Assembly: GCA_037441675.1 (NCBI GenBank)
Contig: JBBIRS010000002.1
Location: 167,249-231,248 of the forward strand
Length of the DNA: 64,000 nt
From: Planctomycetales bacterium
Lineage (GTDB): Bacteria; 4484-113
Direction: 5' to 3'
In this document: piece after piece, positions 42,626-54,267 of the stretch
Position numbering within the stretch: the first letter of the stretch is position 1
How the letters are laid out: every line of letters begins with the position of its first letter
Program-made: the position numbers and the translations under genes
Notes under the pieces: model-generated
What the model was told of the DNA's origin: nothing
Databases searched by the model: none
Seen by the model: only the letters and a program-made list of their open reading frames with translations

Positions 42626-43285
42626 ATGAAAGAGGATAAAAATATAATTACTAAAAAGAAGTTCTATTGTGGTTTTTCTTTAATTCTATTTTTACTTCTA
42701 ACGATTTTAATGATATCCGCTTGTCCCAGACAATCCGAGAAATCAGCTCAAGAGTATGAGGCGCCAGATCATACAACAGCGAGCCCACCAAGCGAACCTG
42801 AAGAGCTGCCATCAGAGCCAGAAACAATAATGCCTGAGAAGAATGTCCTTAGAATTTGGTCTATTATGTTCGCAGATATGGGTATGATGCAGGCGAGGTA
42901 CACCGCAGATGGCGAAAACGTCAATCCGCCACTAAATATTGATGGCATCCCCGAAAACACGAAGAGCCTAGCTCTCATTATGGATGATCCTGATGCGCCA
43001 AGGGGTACTTGGGTTCACTGGGTTGTGTTCAATATACCCCCTACGATAAAGGAAATCCCTGAGAACACAGTTCCTGAAGGTGCAGTCGTGGGCAAGAACA
43101 GCTGGGGGAAAAGCGCCTACGGCGGCCCTGACCCCCCAAGTGGAATTCATCGCTATTTCTTCAAACTATATGCCCTGGACACGACCCTTGACTTGGATGC
43201 TTCCGCAACCAAAGCTAATGTTGAGAAGGCAATGGAGGGGCACATTCTAGCCCAAGCAGAGTTTGTCGGAAAATACGGTAGATAA
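42626..43285 (+). CDS. YbhB/YbcL family lipoprotein (second paralog)
   Basis: Lipobox ISAC, Pro/Glu linker, DDPDAP, WVHW, YGGPDPPSGIHRYFFKLYALD. Confidence 0.9.
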   Translation: MKEDKNIITKKKFYCGFSLILFLLLTILMISACPRQSEKSAQEYEAPDHTTASPPSEPEELPSEPETIMPEKNVLRIWSIMFADMGMMQARYTADGENVNPPLNIDGIPENTKSLALIMDDPDAPRGTWVHWVVFNIPPTIKEIPENTVPEGAVVGKNSWGKSAYGGPDPPSGIHRYFFKLYALDTTLDLDASATKANVEKAMEGHILAQAEFVGKYGR

Positions 43286-43406
43286 GATATAGATACTGAA
43301 CGGTAGGATACTTATCAAGTATGCTTTATTAACTCGGCTAGACCTCCAAAGTGCGGTGACCCCTTGAGGCGGGGGCAATCTTGTATTCCCCTAGTTAATT
43401 TCTCTA

Positions 43407-44379
43407 TCAGTTTTCGATAGCCTCAGCTCGGTATTTGTCACCTATTTTCTTCACCACCGCAAGCATTTCTATCGCGTGACGATGTGCTCCTTCAATATCA
43501 CCCTTTGAAATTAGCTCATCTAGGATATAGCCCTCAAATGGCGGCTTGAACTCCCTAAGTTTTCGCTCAAAAGCAGACTCGAAAACCTCCTCATACAATT
43601 CACCTCCTCTAGCATCACCCTTATCACCAAAGATGGGGCTTTTAATTCATCTGTCCTGACTGGCGAATCCTTTGAAGGAATTCTATCCTTGATTACGAAG
43701 AGCCAAACCAATGCTGCCCCCCCCAATGCCCCTACCGCGTGTGCGTAAATCCCGAGATTCATATTCAAATGGAGGCTGATGAAGATACCTGAAAAGACAA
43801 GCTGAAGAATGATCCACGAACCATATACCAAATGGCAGAAATATTCCTTATGTGTGGCCACAACTTGCCGGTGTAGATGTGTCCGAAGCTGAAATAATCA
43901 TACCACACAAGCGAGGTTATTCTTGCCCTTGGATAGAAAATTAAGTAAACTGCAAGACCTCCTAAGATTGCCCCACCTGCGCCTAATCCTGGTAGGTTGC
44001 TTTCATAGCCCAGAAGAACGGTGACAACGCTTGCAATAAGCCCACATAAAATGTAAAAGATGAAATTCCTGAATCTTCCGAGAAGCCATTCAACGTTGTC
44101 CCCGAAAAGCCAAAGGGCATACATATTTCCGAAAATGTGCCAGAAGTTCGCATGCATAAACATTAATGTAAACATAGTTATTCTAGCGGAATGGCTGTTC
44201 CAGGAACACTATCTACGGCAAGGATTCTCTTAGGAACTTCAGCCCATGTGTTCACGAAACCTTCAATGCCAAGGGGTGATGTCAGCTGAATGAAAAAACG
44301 AAAATGTTGGCGAGAATGAGAAGCTGGTTTACAACCGTCGCCGTGCAACTGGTGCGTAGTCACGAAGTGGTATGCCCAT
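43407..44379 (-). pseudogene. Decayed rhomboid intramembrane protease with shared C-terminal helical domain
   Basis: MGIPLRD start; HANFWHIFGNM..FGDNVE; GAGG in place of GASG; YAHAVG; split over at least four ORF pieces. Confidence 0.8.
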
Positions 44380-44514
44380 TACTGTTTGTAATCTAATATA
44401 CCACTAAACGCACCTACCTTGCAAAATTTTTGTTTCAATTTGAAAAGCCTCAGGCTTCGTGAACCACTGTGGAGTTACTTCGCGGAGCAAAGTTCTACCT
44501 AAGTTTCGGTTAAG

Positions 44515-45777
44515 TTAGAATTTGAAGTTAAAGTCAAACTGCCACCTGCGGTAATCCTTTGGCGCGGAAAGGACTTTCTCATTTGCAAAGTACGTTAGTC
44601 CTAGGGCGGTGTTCTGGGAGAGTTGATAGGCGAAGCTGAATTTGTGACCTTTACCGTCCGTTCCACCACCTATAAAGTCTGAATCGCTGAAAGCTCCAAC
44701 CACCGCATCCTTCTCAAGTCTGCGATACTCCCAACCGAAGCTCCAGCTACCAGGGGCCTTTAACTTTCCAACGGAAATGCCATAGAGGTAGCCTGTGTCG
44801 TTAGTATCTGCGTCCCTGTTCCTGACGTAGTTTCCGTAAATGCTAGTGGGGGTCTCTCCTGCGTTGAACCCGAATTCGCCGAAAAGCTCGAACTCATTGA
44901 AGTCGTTAGTGTAGTAAACATCCTTTACTGTTGGATCAGGGTCTGCGGTCATCGTGTTTCCAAAACCCTTGGTGGAATCTACCAAGCCCTTGTTTCCCTT
45001 CATATTGGAGTAATTATGGACGCCAGCGCCGAGCGTGAACTGGCTTCCGCCTGCGGTCTTGTGAGTAACTCCAGCCTGTAAGGAAAGTATCTTTGTGTCG
45101 GATGCGCCGCTTCTCTCTTCCGCCCAGAGGTAGCCCGCGTTAAGGAAGGGTTTCGTATTCTCGTCGGAACTCGCAATCTTCAGCGCAATTCCCTCGGGAG
45201 TCAAGTCGCTATCCCAGAGTAGCTGACTACCGCCAGGGATGAAAAAAGGATTGTTCATCTTTCCGCCAATCACGCGAACCGCAGCAGTCTTGCTAGGATG
45301 CCAATCGAAGTAGGCTAGGTCAAGCCCAAAATCCTTTCTGGTAAATCCACCTCCCAAAGTTTGGTTTGTAGAAACGGGGTCAAATCCGCCTGTGGAAAGA
45401 CGAATTCCCAAATCCACTTGGTCGTTCACTTTGGCTCCAATCCCAAGCCTTAGCCTCATCCTATCCCTCTGGCGAAACTTTTTATCCTCCTCGTCAATTC
45501 CTTCAAATCGGAAACGGTAATCGCCTGAAATCTTCAACTTTTCAGCCCAAGCCGGAGCAAGTTTTACCTCTTCCTGCTTCTTGGAAACGCTTGCAAGCTC
45601 CTCCTCTAGCGCTTTGAGCCTGGCGGAAAGGTCTTCAATAATCTCTTTCTGTTCCTCTATAATTTTCCTAAGCTCTGTGATTTCCTCTTCCACATTGGAG
45701 GTTGGCTCTTCTTGTGACAACGCAGGAATGGAAACAAATAGTGCAATAACCAATGGTATAAGGTATTTCTTTATCAT
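44515..45777 (-). CDS. Putative outer-membrane porin with N-terminal coiled coil
   Basis: Signal peptide, WAEKLKISGDYRFRFE, RLRLG, PVSTNQTL, LLWDSDLTPEG, terminal FNFKF. Confidence 0.85.
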   Translation of the reverse strand: MIKKYLIPLVIALFVSIPALSQEEPTSNVEEEITELRKIIEEQKEIIEDLSARLKALEEELASVSKKQEEVKLAPAWAEKLKISGDYRFRFEGIDEEDKKFRQRDRMRLRLGIGAKVNDQVDLGIRLSTGGFDPVSTNQTLGGGFTRKDFGLDLAYFDWHPSKTAAVRVIGGKMNNPFFIPGGSQLLWDSDLTPEGIALKIASSDENTKPFLNAGYLWAEERSGASDTKILSLQAGVTHKTAGGSQFTLGAGVHNYSNMKGNKGLVDSTKGFGNTMTADPDPTVKDVYYTNDFNEFELFGEFGFNAGETPTSIYGNYVRNRDADTNDTGYLYGISVGKLKAPGSWSFGWEYRRLEKDAVVGAFSDSDFIGGGTDGKGHKFSFAYQLSQNTALGLTYFANEKVLSAPKDYRRWQFDFNFKF

Positions 45778-45841
45778 AATTTCCTCCTTGATTGCTATTT
45801 TTCTGCCTTGTTTGCTTTATGTGAAAAGATGAAAGGATTGC

Positions 45842-48427
45842 TTATACCAAATTATCCAACTTTTGCACTAAGGTGAGCTTAGAGTCTATAAAGTGCTTTT
45901 CCACGGTAACAACGGTATCCATCCACCTTTGTTGGCCACCAATCGGCTCAGGGCTGTTCGGAATAATCCAGTTAGGATGAACACCGTGATTCCCTTTCCA
46001 CCAAATACGACCAAGGTCGGGCTCGTCATCCCTTCCAAAGGGGCTCTTCACGCCAGATGCATAGCGACCGTACTGCCAGTGACCTAAATGATGCGAAACG
46101 GCTATGACGCCTGGAATTATACCCTCGGTAATTCTTGCCTTAGTAACAATCTCTCCGATTTGGGACTTTATCCGTATCGTATCGCCATCGCTTATGCCAA
46201 ATTTTCTCGCTGTTACAGGATTTATCCACGCGGGATTGTCATGGTAAATCTCGGTCAAATACTTGCAGTTTTGGGTTCTTGAATGCGTCTGAGTAACGAA
46301 CTTGAAGGTCGTAAGAACAAGGCTTTTCCCGTCAAGATTTTCGTGTTCTGGAATTGGCATCCATGAAGGAATAGGTGGAAACCCCTTATCCGCCAAGAAT
46401 TGGGAGTATATTTCAAACTTGCCGGATTTGTTGATTTTATCAGGCGCAAATCCTTTGTAGGCAACGCCATCTATCATCTGCCCTACGTACTTCTTATAGG
46501 CACCGGGAGTAGTCGTATAATCCTGTCCTGGCTCCCCTTTCCATATAACGCCAGTTTTCTCATCCACGATAGTACCCTTTAGCTCATCCTCGGAAAGAAC
46601 TTTTTCAAAACTGCGATAGATGGGTTTAGCGTTCTTGTCATACCAAACACCGTATTTTCTCATAAAGTCAAAACCGCCAGCTTCTCTAACGCCTGGCGTG
46701 TTTCCGCAAGCATCACGCACAAACTCCTCGTGTGATGCAAATCCGAGGGGTCTGCCGACCATACCTGCAAGCTCGCAGGCAACATCAGCAAAGTCTCTCG
46801 CTTCTCCAAGCGGGTTTATGGCAGGTTGCCGAATGTAATACTCCGGAATCTGGTCGTAGGAAACATGGTCTTCCAATGTCCATCTTTCTGGATAAGTGGC
46901 ATCAGGAAGAATCAAATCAGCAAGATGCGCTGACTCGCTATAGTAGGGCGTAACAGCAACGTGAAAAGGAACCAGCTCCTCATCCTGAAGAACCTCTATG
47001 TTTCCCTGACAGTTGCCATTTACGTATACAGGATTGTAACAGTATGTTATATAGACATCTGGTCTGCCGTTCTTGCCTTCCTTTATCATCCTAAAGACCT
47101 GATTGCTAACGTTATGAGTGGGATAGGCTATTCCCTCACCATCAAGGATGTTTAACGCCTTAGGCTTCTCCACGAAGTGGGGTTCGGGAAATGTGGATAC
47201 CCACTTTGGCGCGACTGGTTTACACCTTCCGCCTTTAACGTCAATATTTCCGCAGAGAGCCTCCAGCATCAAGATTGCCCTTTCCGTTTGAACTCCGTTG
47301 TAGTGGGCAATCGCGCCACGATAGGAAACAATCGTTCCAGGTTTAGCTTTAGCGTAGGCAAGAGCAAGGCTACGAATCTTTTCCGCCTTCACACCACTAA
47401 CGCCCTCCGCCCATTCTGGTGTGTATGGTGCCAGATGCTCCTTGAGCTGGGGAATTGTTACATTCGTCCACTTGTTTATGAACAACTCATCATAAAGACC
47501 TGCTTCAATCACCGAGTTCGCCATCGCTAGCACAACTGCTAAATCCGTGCCAGGCTTAATTGGAATCCATTCGGTTGATTTGGCAGCGGTATTTGAAAGC
47601 CGAACGTCAAAGGTGTAAAGCGGAACGCCTCTTGATAGAGCGGATGTTACTCGCTGATTAAAAACATTGTGGGAAGTATGAGTCTCAAAAAAATTGCAAC
47701 CAAAGTTGAGTATAAGGTTTGTATTTTCAACATCATTAACGTCGTAATGCTTGCCCCACGTTAGCTCCTGAGCAACCCACTTGCCGCCTTCGCAAATAGA
47801 GGTGTGATTACCAATGGTTTCCGAGCCAAGAGCCTTCATAAATATATTTTTGAGGATGGTTGCGTGACTTCCTTTCATTCGGCCATAGTGGAACATAATC
47901 TTCTCGGGGGTGCCCTCATCCAAATTCTTCTTTATCCTTTCAGCGACAATTCCAAGGGCTTCATCCCAGGAGACTCTTTCCCACCGCCCTCCACCCCTTG
48001 GGGTTCCGTTGACCCTTCTCATCGGAAAGAAGATTCTGTCAGGGTTGTAAACTTGGCTAACAGCTCCATGCGCCTTATTGCATATTTTGCCACGAGTCCT
48101 GAGGGAGTTGGGATTTCCCTCCACGTGAGTTAGAATGCCATTTTTAACGAAAAACCAGAGGGAGCATCTAGTCACGCACTGCCAACAGGCAGAAGGAACC
48201 ACACCGGGAGGAGGCTCGATCCACCCGTTAACTCCCTGCGAGTTAGAGTAACCACTAGCTGGCGGTGGCGAGACTAGATTGGAGGCTCCGAATGCTATGC
48301 GCCTTGCTAATGCACCTCCACTGAAAATCAACGGAATTATTGCAGATAAGCCACTTCTCAGAAACTCCCGCCTGTTAAATTCCCTTATGTTAAACGCACA
48401 ATCATTCAAGCTTCTGTTGCGCTTCAT
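45842..48427 (-). CDS. Mo/W-bisPGD oxidoreductase catalytic subunit, tetrathionate/arsenate-reductase-like clade
   Basis: Tat NRREFL; CWQCVTRC..ICNK; NHTSICE; PGTDLA; ADLILPDATYPER; SHHLGHWQYG. Confidence 0.88.
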   Translation of the reverse strand: MKRNRSLNDCAFNIREFNRREFLRSGLSAIIPLIFSGGALARRIAFGASNLVSPPPASGYSNSQGVNGWIEPPPGVVPSACWQCVTRCSLWFFVKNGILTHVEGNPNSLRTRGKICNKAHGAVSQVYNPDRIFFPMRRVNGTPRGGGRWERVSWDEALGIVAERIKKNLDEGTPEKIMFHYGRMKGSHATILKNIFMKALGSETIGNHTSICEGGKWVAQELTWGKHYDVNDVENTNLILNFGCNFFETHTSHNVFNQRVTSALSRGVPLYTFDVRLSNTAAKSTEWIPIKPGTDLAVVLAMANSVIEAGLYDELFINKWTNVTIPQLKEHLAPYTPEWAEGVSGVKAEKIRSLALAYAKAKPGTIVSYRGAIAHYNGVQTERAILMLEALCGNIDVKGGRCKPVAPKWVSTFPEPHFVEKPKALNILDGEGIAYPTHNVSNQVFRMIKEGKNGRPDVYITYCYNPVYVNGNCQGNIEVLQDEELVPFHVAVTPYYSESAHLADLILPDATYPERWTLEDHVSYDQIPEYYIRQPAINPLGEARDFADVACELAGMVGRPLGFASHEEFVRDACGNTPGVREAGGFDFMRKYGVWYDKNAKPIYRSFEKVLSEDELKGTIVDEKTGVIWKGEPGQDYTTTPGAYKKYVGQMIDGVAYKGFAPDKINKSGKFEIYSQFLADKGFPPIPSWMPIPEHENLDGKSLVLTTFKFVTQTHSRTQNCKYLTEIYHDNPAWINPVTARKFGISDGDTIRIKSQIGEIVTKARITEGIIPGVIAVSHHLGHWQYGRYASGVKSPFGRDDEPDLGRIWWKGNHGVHPNWIIPNSPEPIGGQQRWMDTVVTVEKHFIDSKLTLVQKLDNLV

Positions 48428-49259
48428 CCTTTATACACCTCCCGTTCTGGTAAACGCCTTTGAGCTCCTCTTCAGTCATCCCAATGTAAAAACACTTCGG
48501 TTCTGTGTTGATGCTTTCATCTCTGTATCTAAGGCTAGGCAAAGTGAGAATACTCTTGCCTTCCCTTCTTGCACTGGCAAGCGCCTTTGAAATGTCGCTA
48601 CTTGGATCATTCAAGTTCCCGAAGAACCGAGCGCTATGGGGGCAGGCTTTCACGCAAGCAGGCTTATCACCAGAATCCACTCTATGTACGCAGAGGGAGC
48701 ATTTATTTGCCCGGTATCCGTTCTCGGTCTCAACGAGAGACCTTACCTGGTACGGGCAAAGGGCAACGCAGGCGCCGCAACCGATGCATCTATCGTCGTA
48801 TGCGTCCATCAAGCCGTTATCAACCAGAACTAAGCCATCTGGACGCTTGTAAGTCGCTCGCTTTTCATACTCAATCTTCTCACCGTTTGGTGCAATGTAA
48901 AGCGCCTTCTTTGGCTCCACGGGACACCTGCTAATGCAGATTGGCCTCTCGCAATGGTTGCAAAGCCAGGGAAGGAATAGCCTCTTCACTGAGGGGAATT
49001 TGCCCTTCTCGTGGATTATGACTTGGTTCCTGAAAACTCCCAGTGGAACATCAAATTCCTCTTTGCAGGCAACCGCGCAGGCAAAACATCCCTTGCATCT
49101 ATTAAGGTCTATGAGAAATCCATAACGGGGTTTCTTTGCACTTTTCTCTTTGGCAGTATCTGGGGCTATTACACTTTCAACCAGAACCGCCGCAGAACCC
49201 ATCGCCAGGGCGCCTTCCTTGATGAACTGCCTTCTTGTTATTGAAGTTACTTCATCCAT
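48402..49259 (-). CDS. Four-[4Fe-4S] electron-transfer subunit (DmsB/TtrB/ArrB type), Tat-exported
   Basis: TRRQFIK; CKGCFACAVAC, CNHCERPIC..C, CIGCGACVALCP, CSLC..PACVKACP. Confidence 0.92.
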   Translation of the reverse strand: MDEVTSITRRQFIKEGALAMGSAAVLVESVIAPDTAKEKSAKKPRYGFLIDLNRCKGCFACAVACKEEFDVPLGVFRNQVIIHEKGKFPSVKRLFLPWLCNHCERPICISRCPVEPKKALYIAPNGEKIEYEKRATYKRPDGLVLVDNGLMDAYDDRCIGCGACVALCPYQVRSLVETENGYRANKCSLCVHRVDSGDKPACVKACPHSARFFGNLNDPSSDISKALASARREGKSILTLPSLRYRDESINTEPKCFYIGMTEEELKGVYQNGRCIKDEAQQKLE

Positions 49260-49270
49260 AGTGAAATTCC

Positions 49271-49295
49271 TTGTGATAAGAGACTCTTATTATAA
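49271..49295. promoter_or_regulatory. Palindrome upstream of the FeS-subunit gene, possible operator
   Basis: Perfect ATAAGAG-A-CTCTTAT core overlapping a minus-strand TATAAT. Confidence 0.35.
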
Positions 49296-49671
49296 GTTAA
49301 TATTATAACAAATATTCATTCAATCATCCAATATTTCGCAGAGAATTTAACAGTCATTCGGCTTAGTCTCATATACCGTGAACGGAAAGCTTAGAAAGCA
49401 ATAGCGTTATCATAGAAAGCTCGAACTAGATTTTGATTATTTAGACCTTAGTGATCATTAAAGTTGACGCCAACCAAATCCATCAACTCAGTCGCTAGTC
49501 TACTCATAAAAATAAACCTATTTACAAAACACCAAGTGACTGGTTCGACGGGGACTTCTTTTTATGAGGTGTGTGTAATTTACGAAAAGCTTAAATTATC
49601 GTTATTGTGGAAAAGGACATAGGCGAGGACCAGCCCAAAGCTGGCAAGCGTCCGTGATCCAAATAGAGGTA

Positions 49672-49730
49672 CTGTGGGGTGCGAACTCGTATCGCGCTGA
49701 AGCGGCGGGGCGCAAGTCCCCACCCTACAG
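49672..49730 (-). repeat. REP/REPIN-like double-hairpin element
   Basis: Minus strand CTGTAGGGTGGGG..CCCCGCCG..GCGCGATACGAGTTCGCACCCCACAG. Confidence 0.72.
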
Positions 49731-49732
49731 GG

Positions 49733-50676
49733 TCAAAACGTCACCACGTAATTCAAATACTAATTGTCATTTGCAGTGAATTGGGCGAAGAATGCGGACT
49801 TATCCGCCCCGCCGAAGAAGTTCATCCCCACCGTCACGGTCGTTCTATCGTCAACTTTGTAGCTCACCTCGGGTTTGAAGGTTGAATGCATAGGCGTTCA
49901 GACGTGGATAAAACATCACCGCGCTCTGGAACACCTTGCCAAACTTCATCGCCGGTTGACGCCAATAACCCCGATTAGCGTAGAATTAGGCGTCCCAATC
50001 ACCGTGCTTCCTTCTGATTTTGAGGGCGAGTTCAATGTTCCCCACTTTCGGCTTTGGGCGGAGGTAGGAGCGGTCGGGAATCTGCGGTATCGGGTCAAAG
50101 TAAAGCACGCGGCTCCCATCAGGCACTTTATCCTTCGTGAAGAATGGCACTGCGATAATCTCAAAGCTCGTCTCGCCAGAGTACTAGTTCAACTTGAGAG
50201 CGTCAACACCTGGTTTAAGAAAGTCAAGCGGCATTCCCGGAAGAAGAGCGTCCCAGTTCTTAGGCCAAACCTCTGCGATGAAAAAGAGGTCGCCTACTCC
50301 CCAAGTGATTCACTGCCTGCCATATCGCATATCCCACTTCTCCGCATAGTAACCAAATAGCTTCACGCAAATCCCCCTTCCACGCTCCCTCAGTGGCATC
50401 TTGATAAAGGTCTAGTTTAAAGAAGGCACGATAATCGGGGAAGTATGGCAGGGGAAAGCTCTCAAGGCGAAGACGCTCTTCCGCGCGCATTAGCTTCTGT
50501 TCAGATGCGCTCTGACCAGGGTAGTCAGCTGGATTTGCTCCTCCAATGCGAGCTGAGTAATTGCTCTGCCAGAATCCATGAACCTCAACCGCCATAGCTT
50601 GCCCTATTGCTTGTGGAGTTAGAATAATTGTTAAACCCACTAATAGGACAATCTTGGCAGGAACTCGTTTCATCAT
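49733..50676 (-). pseudogene. Decayed outer-membrane beta-barrel-like protein (DUF1302-like)
   Basis: Signal peptide, VHGFWQSNY..EERLRL..DLREA, then frameshifts; 3' remnant GMNFFGG..FFAQF..ND; operon context. Confidence 0.55.
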
Positions 50677-50679
50677 TGA

Positions 50680-51471
50680 AGCCATTACTGCGGCGGGCGC
50701 TAAAGATTTTTTCATGAATGCCGATGTTGTACTTAATTCCGCTGAACGTAACAATTGTTCTGTGCCCAGTCTTCACAGTTCTCATCATCCGAAGGGTTGC
50801 GGTGGGAATACCCTGTATCGTTTCAATCTTATCCGAGGTGAAGACACGGTAAAGCTCGCCCTGCTTGTCGTAATACTCCTCCTTTAGCGGAGAAAAGTTG
50901 CCTTGTCAATCCAGCGAAGAACATAGGAGTATTCCGTTACGTTGCCCTTGGGAATGGATTTAATCATAAAGACGGGATTACCGTTAAAATTATCATCTTT
51001 CACGTACTCGTGTTTGTCTTCGCCAACCTCCCTACCGGAGACGTCTTCATAGTTAAAGTCTGATCCGACAAAACTTGAGCGCTTATCATTAGCGGCGATG
51101 CGCTTTACCATTCTAACCGCGGGAATGAAAAGCCAGCGGTCGTCGTCCTTGCCAATGTTCTTCCATACCATAAAAGCCGTATCCCTCAGGTCTCCGGGCT
51201 CGCTGAAGTGAATGTAGTACCTCTGCTCACCGCCTTCCTTGATGTCCTTTCGGAGGATTGTCAGCTTGCGAGCTCGCTCCTTTCCGTCCTTATTGATAAG
51301 GCGCATAGAAACCTGCGCTCGCCAATCATCTCCGCCCTAGTAGTAAGCCAAGTAGCTCTTTTTAATAACTTCGTCCGCGTTGATTTGCGCTGCTGCTGAC
51401 GAACTTAACAGGCAAACAGCTAAAGTGGTGAACACCGTCCCTAGTAATACGAAAGTAATGCGTGGATTCAT
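50680..51471 (-). pseudogene. Decayed LolA-like outer-membrane lipoprotein-sorting protein
   Basis: FSEPGDLRDTAFMVWK..DDDRWLFIPA..SFVGSDFNYED; in-frame TAG at 51337-39 and frameshift near 50885. Confidence 0.75.
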
Positions 51472-51689
51472 CAGTTAGCCTCCTGTTTGACATGAATGTC
51501 TGGGCAGGAACGAAGTCCTCCCCAATAAAGAAACGTCATCATCAGACACCAATTCGTGAAAGCTGACTTGAAAAGATTGAAGCCTACAAGGGCTGTAAAG
51601 AGATACCACCAAGAGCTGACGAAATATCCAAGAGAAAGGGAGAGAAGAACAAAAACTCCATCAATTCCTCTTAGAACTCTTTCCAACAT
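51471..51689 (-). CDS. DUF2892 (YgaP-like) small membrane protein
   Basis: ERVLR.I.G..WWYLFTALVGFNLFKSAFTNWCLM. Confidence 0.75.
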   Translation of the reverse strand: MLERVLRGIDGVFVLLSLSLGYFVSSWWYLFTALVGFNLFKSAFTNWCLMMTFLYWGGLRSCPDIHVKQEAN

Positions 51690-51695
51690 TTTTGG

Positions 51696-54075
51696 TTAAA
51701 CCTCCTTAAAGAAATATTTTTCAAATAGACTAATCACTCCTGGTAGGAGTATGAGCGTGGCAATTCCAGATAAAAGCATAATCGTGAAGAGATATACACC
51801 AACTGTCTCGTAAGAAGTGAGAGGGGCGAATAAAAGGGACGTAAAGCCGATAGCAATTATTACCGCGTTTCGCATAATCGCAAGGGCAGGACCGTTGAAG
51901 ATGGAGCCTACAACTTCTCTAGCTGCTCCACCTTCACTTCCTCGCTGTTTGAATCTCTGCAGGAAATGGATGGCGTAGTCCACTGCGATCCCCAGCGTCA
52001 TTGAAGAAAGTACAGCTAGTGGCATATCGTAGTCCTTGCCGACGATGCCAATAAAGCCATAGCTCATAGCGATTGTGAAGGTGAGTGGAATCATTGACGC
52101 AAGTCCCCACACTAGACTCCTAAAAAGAAATGCCATTAGGAGAAAGACTATTAGAAATGAGCCCAAGAACGACCTCATCATCCCCACCACCATTTTCTCT
52201 TGCCAAACTACGTTCAGGTAAGTTAGCCCAGCCCATTTTAGAGTAAAGCCCACCGGTGGCGGATACTTTTTCGCAAAGTCTGCCACATCTCTCTCAACCG
52301 CAGTCATTTTCTGGTTGTCTCCGCTTTTCATCTGCACCCAGATGTTCGCGCTCGTGAATTCACAGTCAACGAAGTTGTCAAGCTCGTTTGGATCCCCACT
52401 GCTTTGAAAGAGAAAAAGAAACTGACTAATCGCATCGGATGAGCCAGGAAGGGAATAAGTTCCCTCCGCTTGCTCGCTTACTTCGTATCTAACAAGCTTA
52501 ACAATATCAGCGATTGAAGTGGTTTTACCGATTACCGGTTTTTTGCGCAAGTTTCTCTTGAAGCGCCTCTATATACCGCATAACCTCCGGCTCTTTAACG
52601 CCGTCAGGTATTCTGCCCCTAAGGACTAGATATGCGCTGTAAGTTCCAGCGAAATTCTCATTCATCAACCATTCCGCAACTCTTATCTCGTGGTAAGGCT
52701 TGAACCACCTAACGGGATTATCGTTAACGTTGATTCTTGTGATTCCATAGATGATTCCATAGACCGCCAGCGCGGATAGGAAAAGAGTTATCGCCCAGAT
52801 AAACTTTGCGTTGCTGAAGCTGAAATGCCCAATCTGATTGAGAAGACCTTTGCTCTGTGGGCATTCCGAAATCCCTATTGGGTCATCTATACTTTCTCCA
52901 CCATCAAGAGCCACAAAAGTATGCTGAAAGGCGTCAGTCCGCTTGAGAGCATTCTCTCATCTTCCCATCAGGAGGAAGAATGCTGGAATAAACCTCATAG
53001 TTAAGAACCATGCAACCATTACTTTAAATGCCACAAACATTCCGAAAACAAAGACAGGCGTAATTAGCGCTAGCCCTAGCGTAGCGAAGCCCACAGCGGT
53101 CGTGAGCGATGTGAAGAACATAGCCACAAAATGAGCGTTTATAACGAACCTGATAGTACTTGGCCTATCATTGAATCTCCCGCGACAGTCGTGAAATTCC
53201 GAAAGAATATGAACGCTGTCAAGAACCGAAATTGGGAGTAGAAATATTGGAATCATTGAGCTCATTATGTGAACTGTAAAGCCAAGGCCACTTAAAAGTC
53301 CCATCGTCCAGATGATGGAAAGTATGGCGACAATCATCGGAGCAATTATCAGCGAGAGACTTTTGAAGAACCAGAGAGGTATGAGAAATACCAAAAGACC
53401 TGCAAGGGGAGCGGATATCGCCATTTGCAGGAACATTTCATAACCGAACTGATCTTTCGCAATGGGCAGACCCGCTATGTGATGCTCTTCCTTTACTCCT
53501 TCCTCCTTTATGATTCGCTCTATCTCTTTGCTTATGCGGTAGCTTTGGTTCTTTTCCTCAATGGGAATATAAATTGTGAGAGCCCTTCCATCCTCGAATA
53601 CAAGCTTTCCAGCGGAAAGGGGGTTACTTAGAATTGTCTCACGCACAGTTTCCGCCTGTTCTCGGGACAAAATCTCACCTTCCACAAAGCGAGATACAAT
53701 TAGAAAACCTCCAGCATTTGTTATGTTGTCTGATGTGCTTGGACTTATCAAATCTTCAATGAGGACGCCGTCAATTTGGGCTATTCTCTCGGTGATTCTC
53801 CTCAGTCGGTTTAGAGTGTCAGGGGTAAAAACCCCATTTATGCTCTTATCATCAAACACGCCGAGAACTATGAGGTCATTGACGCCAAAAGTTTCTTTAA
53901 CCTCCCTATGAAAAAGTCGCAAGGGCTCGTCATAGGGAAGCATATTCTCGGAGTCGGTGTCAATCTTCACGCGGAGGAATCCAAGGGCAAAAATGGGAGT
54001 AAGTAGAAACGAAAGCCAAACTATTAGCCACTGCTTTTAAAGGCAGAATTCAACAAGCCAATTTGCCTTTCGCAT
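51696..54075 (-). pseudogene. Decayed MMPL/RND-family transporter
   Basis: IDTD.ENML, SSMIPIFL..VLDSVH, FTSLTTAVGF, GKDYDMP..LGIAVDYAIH; in-frame TAA at 54037-39 and frameshifts near 52950 and 52540. Confidence 0.85.
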
Positions 54076-54267
54076 TTTCACACCTAAAGCCATCCAAGCT
54101 TTACATCCGAGCGAAAAACGCTCCAGGAAAATAGAGCGGAAAGAACAAGGTGTAGCGCAGTCCACGACGTAGAGAACCCAGTGAAAACCTGAAGACCTAG
54201 TAGAACTGTGGCAATTACGAGGAAGAGGCAAAAGCCTGCCAGGCGTTTGCGGGTAAGCCTCAAAGGC

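Noticed and set aside
49536..49556. tmRNA-like 5' motif (GTGACTGGTTCGACGGG)
   Set aside because: No GGGG start, tag ORF or tRNA-like 3' end.
49875..50360. Plus-strand ORF of 161 aa
   Set aside because: Antisense to the decayed beta-barrel gene with no recognisable motifs.
54080..54265. Possible DUF4395-like membrane-gene remnant between arsR and MMPL
   Set aside because: Only hydrophobic fragments and FSLGCK are visible; too degraded to support.
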